Assembly (NCBI GenBank): GCA_051294375.1
Contig: CM119265.1
Coordinates: forward strand, 5,751,696 to 5,815,695
Direction of reading: 5' to 3'
Length of the DNA stretch: 64,000 bases
DNA from: Paraspadella gotoi
Taxonomy: Eukaryota; Animalia; Chaetognatha
A program made the position numbers and the translations under genes. Shown piece after piece: positions 57,842-64,000 of this stretch. The notes under the pieces are model-generated. The model saw only the letters and a list, made by a program, of their open reading frames with translations, had not been told where the DNA came from and ran no database searches. Numbering within the stretch: position 1 is the stretch's first letter; each line of letters begins with the position of its first letter.

Positions 57842-59549
57842 GAAGAAAGAGATAGACAGGAAGGAAGGATAACCTACAAACTACAAACGCGTAATCGAAA
57901 TGTCGTTTCCGTCAGTGACAACTAAATCAAAATCCTATATCAGAATTCAAAATAAGGAAATCTAAGAATAATGACGAGTTCCATCAGAGTTCTTTGTTTT
58001 GTCTCAACTTTCGAGCTTAATTTCGACCCGGCGAATTTCCACTAAATCGATATCGTTGTTGTCATCGTCCTCATCGTCTTCGTCAACTCCGCCTCCGACG
58101 GCGAACAATCGTTGAGGGGAATGGGGCGGACGCCACGGAGATATTTTTCTTCAATAAGGAATTTAAATCTAATCTCGATCGATTAAAATTGAATCTTTTT
58201 TTTACGTATGAACCATAATTATCGAGGCAACCAATTTTTTTAAAAATATGCTTTATAAAACTTTATTCATTTCATCTTAACGATAGTACGTTGCTAATAT
58301 TGAGAAGTTGCTTTCGCCGATATACTTTTTGTCTCTCGGTATTAAGTTTGAGCATTCGCGGTTGCGTGATGCGCATCTTTTAATATGGTAGTGAAGGAGG
58401 ATCTAACGTTTCGGACTTGTGTATGATTATGCGAATCTTCATCTTTACCATATTTTCATTCATCTTCTTCTCATTTTTGATCCCCTTTCGCTTTCTTTTT
58501 CCTTCTTCCCTAATTTCATTTCACCTTTATTCAATCCCTCTCCCTTTCTCGCCATTCCGCTTACTACGATGAAATTTAAATTCGTTCGCCAGCGTGCGAG
58601 ATGCGCCGTGCCTGATCGTATACAAAACCGTCTGAGGCTATGGGGAGCCTCAGAAGGGTCGTGTGGGATCTAGGGTTGGGCACGACGTGCAATCACTCGT
58701 ACGTTGATTAAAACAATCGGAAATCGAACCAGATTACGAATTCAACATCGGAAAGTGATAAGTGATAAGTTAAAGATGGATACATAAGAGTTTATTGGTT
58801 TATTTAGTATATAAAAAAATTTTAGTATGAAATGAAGACTAAGGAAATTAATTCCTCGGATTAAAGAATGTCTCTCTTTCTTATCTTTTAATTCTTCCAA
58901 CACTTTTTACATTTCTATCGCTCTCTCTCTCTCTCTCTTTCTCTCCCTCTCCCTCTCTTTCTCCCCTCCTCCATCTCCTCTTTCTTTCTCGAACAAGGAA
59001 TCAAGATTTCAAACGCTCGCTCGCTTTTTTCCCCACAAGCTTTCTTTTTTTTTTCGAATAATTTTTTAGTAGTTTTATCCGCACTCTCTTTTTATTCTAG
59101 AAATAAGAATTGACTTTTCTAATTCCAGGGCCGAAGAAAAAAATTCTCCAAGGAGCGAGAAAAGAAGCCGAGTTTGAATAATCAAAAAAAAAAAAAAAAA
59201 CCCCGAAAGCACTTGTCGTTGCCAATGTCTGCTGTGGTTGTTTTATTACTTTGATGTACTTAAAAGTAATGTTTCTCTTTTTCTTCGTCCATCACAAGCC
59301 GGGTTGTCATCTTTTCATTCTCCTCGCCGCTGCAAGTTAAGGAGCTGCAACGCTGCGCAGCAACCGTTTGCTCGGCAGATCTCGTCGTCGTCGATACGTC
59401 GTTCGTCCGTTCGTCTGCAATCACGAGACGTAACGGTTTATACTTAACCCCCGAAGCGTCAACAGTATTAACACTTCAAATATCGCCATTTCCAACCTCT
59501 CGAAATTGTTACTCTCTGCCTANNNNNNNNNNNNNNNNNNNNNNNNNGA

Positions 59550-59581
<32 letters not shown>

Positions 59582-61121
59582 GATAGACAGGAAGGAAGGA
59601 TAACCATACAAACTACAAAGCGTAATCGAAATGTCGTTTCCGTAGTGACAACTAAATCAAAATCCTATCAGAATTCAAAATAAGGAAATCTAAGAAATAA
59701 ATGAACGAGTTCCATCAGAGTTCTTTGTTTTGTCTCAACTTTCGAGCTTAATTTCGAACCCGCGAATTTCACTAAATCGATATCGTTGTTGTCATCGTCC
59801 TCATCGTCTTCGTCAACTCCGCCTCCGACGGCGAACAATCGTTGAGGGGCAATGGGGCGGACGCCACGGAGATATTTTTCTTCAATAAGGAATTTAAATC
59901 TAATCTCGATCGATTAAAATTGAATCTTTTTTTTACGTATGACCATAAATTATCGAGGCACCAATTTTTTTTAAAAATATGCTTTATAAAACTTTATTCA
60001 TTTCATCTTAACATAGTACGGTTGCTAATATTGAAGTTGACTTTTCGCCGATATACTTTTTGTCTTCTCGGTATTAAGTTTGAGCATTCGCGGTTGCGTG
60101 ATGCGCATCTTTTAATATGGTAGTGAAGGAGGATCTAACGTTTCGGACTAGTGTATGATTATGCGAATCTTCTATCTTTTACCATATTTTCATTCATCTT
60201 CTTCTCATTTTTGATCCCCTTTCGCCTTTCTTTTCCTTCTTCCCTAATTTCATTTCACCTTTATTCAATCCCTCTCCCCTTTCTCGCCCATTCCGCTTAC
60301 TCGATGAAATTTAAATTCGTTCGCCAGGCGTGCGAGATGCGGCCGTGCCTGATCGTATACAAAAACCGTCTGAGGCTATGGGGAGCCTCAGAAGGGTCGG
60401 GGTGGGATCTAGGGTGGCGCACGACGTGCAATCACTCGTACGTTGATTAAACAATCGGAAATCGAACCAGATTACGAATTCAACATCGGAAAGTGATAAG
60501 TGATAAGTTAAAGATGGATACATAAGAGGATGTTTATTGTTTATTTAGTATAATAAAAAAATTTTAGTATGAAATGAAGACTAAGGAAATTAATTCCCTC
60601 CGGGATTAAAGAATGTCTCTCTTTCTTATCTCTTTTAATTCTTCCCAACACTTTTTACATTTCTATCGCTCTCTCTCTCTCTCTCTTTCTCTCCCTCTCC
60701 CTCTCTTTCTCCCCCTCTCACTCTCTCTTTCTTTCTCGAACAAGGAATCAAGATTTCAAACGCTCGCTCGCTTTTTTTCCCCACAAGCTTTTTTTTTTTT
60801 CGAATAATTTTTTAGTAGTTTTATCCGCACTCTCTTTTTATTCTAGAAATAAGATTGACTTTCTAATTCCAGGGCCGAAGAAAAAAATTCTCCAAGGAGG
60901 CGAGAAAAGAAGCCGAGTTTGAATAATCAAAAAAAAAAAAAAAAAAACCCCGAAAAGCACTTGTCGTTGCCAATGTCGCTGTGGTTGTTTTATTACTTTG
61001 ATGTACTTAAAAGTAATGTTTCTCTTTTTCCTTCGTCCATCACAATGCGGGTTGTCATCTTTCATTCTCCTCGCCGCTGCAAGTTAAGGAGCTGCAACGC
61101 TGCAGCAACGTTTGTCGCAGA

Positions 61122-61152
<31 letters not shown>

Positions 61153-61250
61153 TGCATCACGAGACGTTAACGGTTTATTTACCCCGAAGCGTCACGTGAT
61201 TAACACTTCAAATATCGCATTTCCAACTCTGAAATTGTTTACTCTCTCGC
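57790..61250 (+). repeat. ~1.7-kb direct duplication flanking a 25-N gap
   Basis: ~57790-59522 recurs at 59548-~61250; the first copy degrades toward the gap at 59523-59547. Confidence 0.92.
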
Positions 61251-61819
61251 TCGTAAAAACAAAGGAGAAGAAAATAAGGACTCGCCGTGTATTGCACGCA
61301 GTGCATCGTCGCATAGCATATTCAGCATGACCCAACGCCCACTCTCCGAGGACAGAACGAAGAGCACGAGAGGAGATCGAAGAGACCTCGATCGACCGAG
61401 TACCGACTCCGGTATGGAACCGAGATCGAAGACAGACATACGCGCAGACCGCTGCCACTCTCGTACGGCGAGTAAGCCGATTACCGTCGACGAGAGAGAG
61501 AGAGAGAGAGGAGAAAGATGCCCTCAAGGTGAACAGACGAGGGCGTCCACACCCACGCACACGCGCTCTCTCCACGGTACCAATATGCCCCACTTCAGCT
61601 CCCAGATCCCCCATGATTCTCCTTTTTTTTCTCTTCCTTATTTTTCTTTCCTTTTTTTTTCCACTTCCGTCGCTCTTTTGTTCCACATTTTCCGACGTTC
61701 TTTTGTTTTGACTTTTTTTTTATTCTTCCGCGACGTCGCTGGTGTCGCGTCGAAGGAGGTATGGCGTTTCGGCGTGACGGGTTGACGTGGGTCGCGATCA
61801 CCTTTTTATTTCTGCGTCG

Positions 61820-61910
61820 GCGTGCGAGAGTGGGCGGAGGGGGCGCCGGAGAAGGCGGAGGGCGCGCCGGAGAAGGCGGAGAATACGGCGCGATGACGTC
61901 ACTCGCGAGT
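61820..61910. promoter_or_regulatory. CpG-rich promoter-like motif cluster
   Basis: GC box GGGCGG (61832), duplicated GCGCCGGAGAAGGCGGAG, full CRE TGACGTCA (61894-61901) abutting palindrome ACTCGCGAGT; a second CRE overlaps E-box CACGTG at 62471-62482. Motifs only, no transcript evidence. Confidence 0.4.
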
Positions 61911-64000
61911 ATTTCATCGACGCTGGTTTAATCGACGCATATCTGGTTTAAAGCGGAAAGTTTTGAAACTCAGAAACTAATTGCGGAGATTAGAAGCAAA
62001 ACTAAAGTTAGGCCGGCATTAAAGACATGGTCGACATTGGCCATGGAAAGTTCCAGTTATAGTTAACTAATTTTATAATTTTACTTTTAATTTAATTTTT
62101 ATATAGTTTTAAACATTTTTCTTTGCAAAAATTATGTTTTGTTTGAACGATGATACGAAACTATTTCTTTCAATTTTTTTTTCTGATTACATAGTACCGT
62201 AGTATGTTCAAAATGAGATAAGTAAATAAGCCGAGTTTGAACTTAAAAAAAACCTCGACCGATGCTTTTCGCTTTCACATCAATGTCTATGGACGAATGC
62301 GACATTTTACGTGGCACTTTCAAGTCTTAAGTTATGTACTTGAAATAAGTGTTGAAATGAGTCGTATTCTTCTATTTTTCTTCTCCTCCAATCACTTTCC
62401 CCCTCACTCACAAGTTCACAACTCTTACGCGTTTCCGATGTCGTGAATTTCACAACTTTCACTTTGTCGATGACGTCACGTGTTTTTTTATTTTTATTTT
62501 TAGTTTTTTTGACAAGGAAGCGAAAAAAAAATTGTTTCCGGGAGTCGACTCCACTACTACCCCCTAATGTCGCCCTTCCAAACAAATCGAGAATTCCGCT
62601 TCTATACCCCCTACCACCACAGCAGGGAGAGACCCACGCCCGAACGACCCTCCCCTCTCATACTCCTCTCCTTGCTCGAGCCGTTCGTACGGACGTAATT
62701 CTTCTCGAGTTCTCTGCACTCTGTGACTCTCCGAAGAATATATAAAGAGAAAGAGGTGGGAGGAAAAATTGAAGGAAATTTGACCATGTCGGGACCCGAT
62801 CGCGCGGTTAATACCAATCGCAATTCAAAATCAATCAGTAAACTATCTCAAAGAGGTGAGAGAGAAGAGAGAGAGAGAGAGAGAAATTTAGTGAGGAGAG
62901 TAGTTAGAGAGAGAGTAGTGACGCAAGAGGAGATGTATAAAGGAGGATATATGAGTATAATGAAATGCGGGATGGTGGGGCGGAGACAAAATAGCAATCC
63001 CGTCATACACCAAAAGTATCCTTTTTTGATGAATGTGCCTTTTGCAAGGAAATATGAAGGCGAGAAAAGAGGATTACTCGAGAATGTGGCGTTTCTCTGG
63101 GGCAGCGAACAGAGGTAGCAGAGAGAGAAAGAGACGAGAGATGAGATGATACGAGAGACGACCGAGAGAGAGAGACGAGAGAGAGAGAGTGAGCGCAGAG
63201 GAGAGAGAGAATATTGTATGGCGCGCGCGCCCATCCATCAACGCCGGCGAGGCGGGGCGGCGCGAATCATTCCTACCCACCTCTCTCCCTTCTTTGTCAA
63301 CTCCCTCGGTGATGTATCTAATGACATGATATCCAAATATGGTAAAGAGTTGGTTTATTGCGAGGGACGATTGATCGATTGCGTGTTTTTCCTTTCACGT
63401 TTTCAACATAATCTTTTCGGCAATCATGTTTTTTTTGTTTTGTTTTTTTTTTTTTTTTTCCTTCCCCATGGATACTGTTTCAGTTACGAGAGAAATTCTA
63501 ATGAGATTGTAAGCAAGGGTGCACTTTTGACTGCGCGAACATCTATAAGAAATATACTAATAGCTAATTGTAAAGCACATTACATAACACAATGAAACGT
63601 AAGGATTAGAGCTAGAAATTTTTTGTTTTGTTTTCAAGAGTCTCGCGAGATTTGAGGCAGAATCGTTGCTGTTGTCTTTTGTCGTCTTTGCTGTTGTCTG
63701 TATTGTTGCTTCTGTATTCGTTTTCGTTATTTTGGTTTTGTCCTAACTGTTTTTATTTGTTGCTCTCGTGTTTGGTCTTTGTCCATATTGGCATGTACGC
63801 GTAACGTCTCGCCCATGAAATGTTTTTATTTCTTTGTATCGCCGCCATTTTGTTTGATGTCTCTGCAGTCTCTGCAGATTCTGCTGTCGAATTGTCAGTG
63901 ATTTCGATTGGCTGTTTTTGTCATCGCTCGTTCGGCCGGACGCCATTCCGAGTTCCAAATCGTCGAATCGACGAAAAACTAATTTTGTTTTTAAATCTCG

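Noticed and set aside
61327-61785. 152-aa ORF with a hydrophobic C-terminus
   Set aside because: Includes an (AG)n tract, and the hydrophobic part comes from T-rich low-complexity DNA; no recognisable domain. More likely UTR or promoter sequence.

Overview
Eukaryotic (probably invertebrate animal) scaffold, AT-rich and dense in (AG)n, (GAC)n and tetranucleotide microsatellites. It has nine N-gaps and many indel errors typical of long-read gap filling. Nearly all listed ORFs are microsatellite read-throughs. The supportable biology is one intron-rich + strand gene for an Ig-superfamily-like single-pass membrane protein (Ig-like exon 5452-5754, transmembrane exon 16705-16898, polyQ cytoplasmic exon at 37538/46174, possible later exon at 50173), a 610-bp fold-back hAT-type MITE with an 8-bp TSD, a tRNA-derived SINE-like element, a 72-bp-arm hairpin and a CpG-rich promoter-like zone near 61.8-62.5 kb. 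Roughly 25 kb is redundant: 19-54.5 kb is a tangle of direct and inverted copies of two blocks (A, B), including an apparent 13.7-kb palindrome. The most notable observation is a ~302-bp segment between A and B that occurs in both orientations, with all four junctions present and T/A-tract inverted microhomology at the breakpoints. That points to an intronic micro-inversion (two alleles or a flipping segment) that would also explain the palindrome as an assembly artefact. No prokaryotic-type system, CRISPR array or autonomous transposon is supported.
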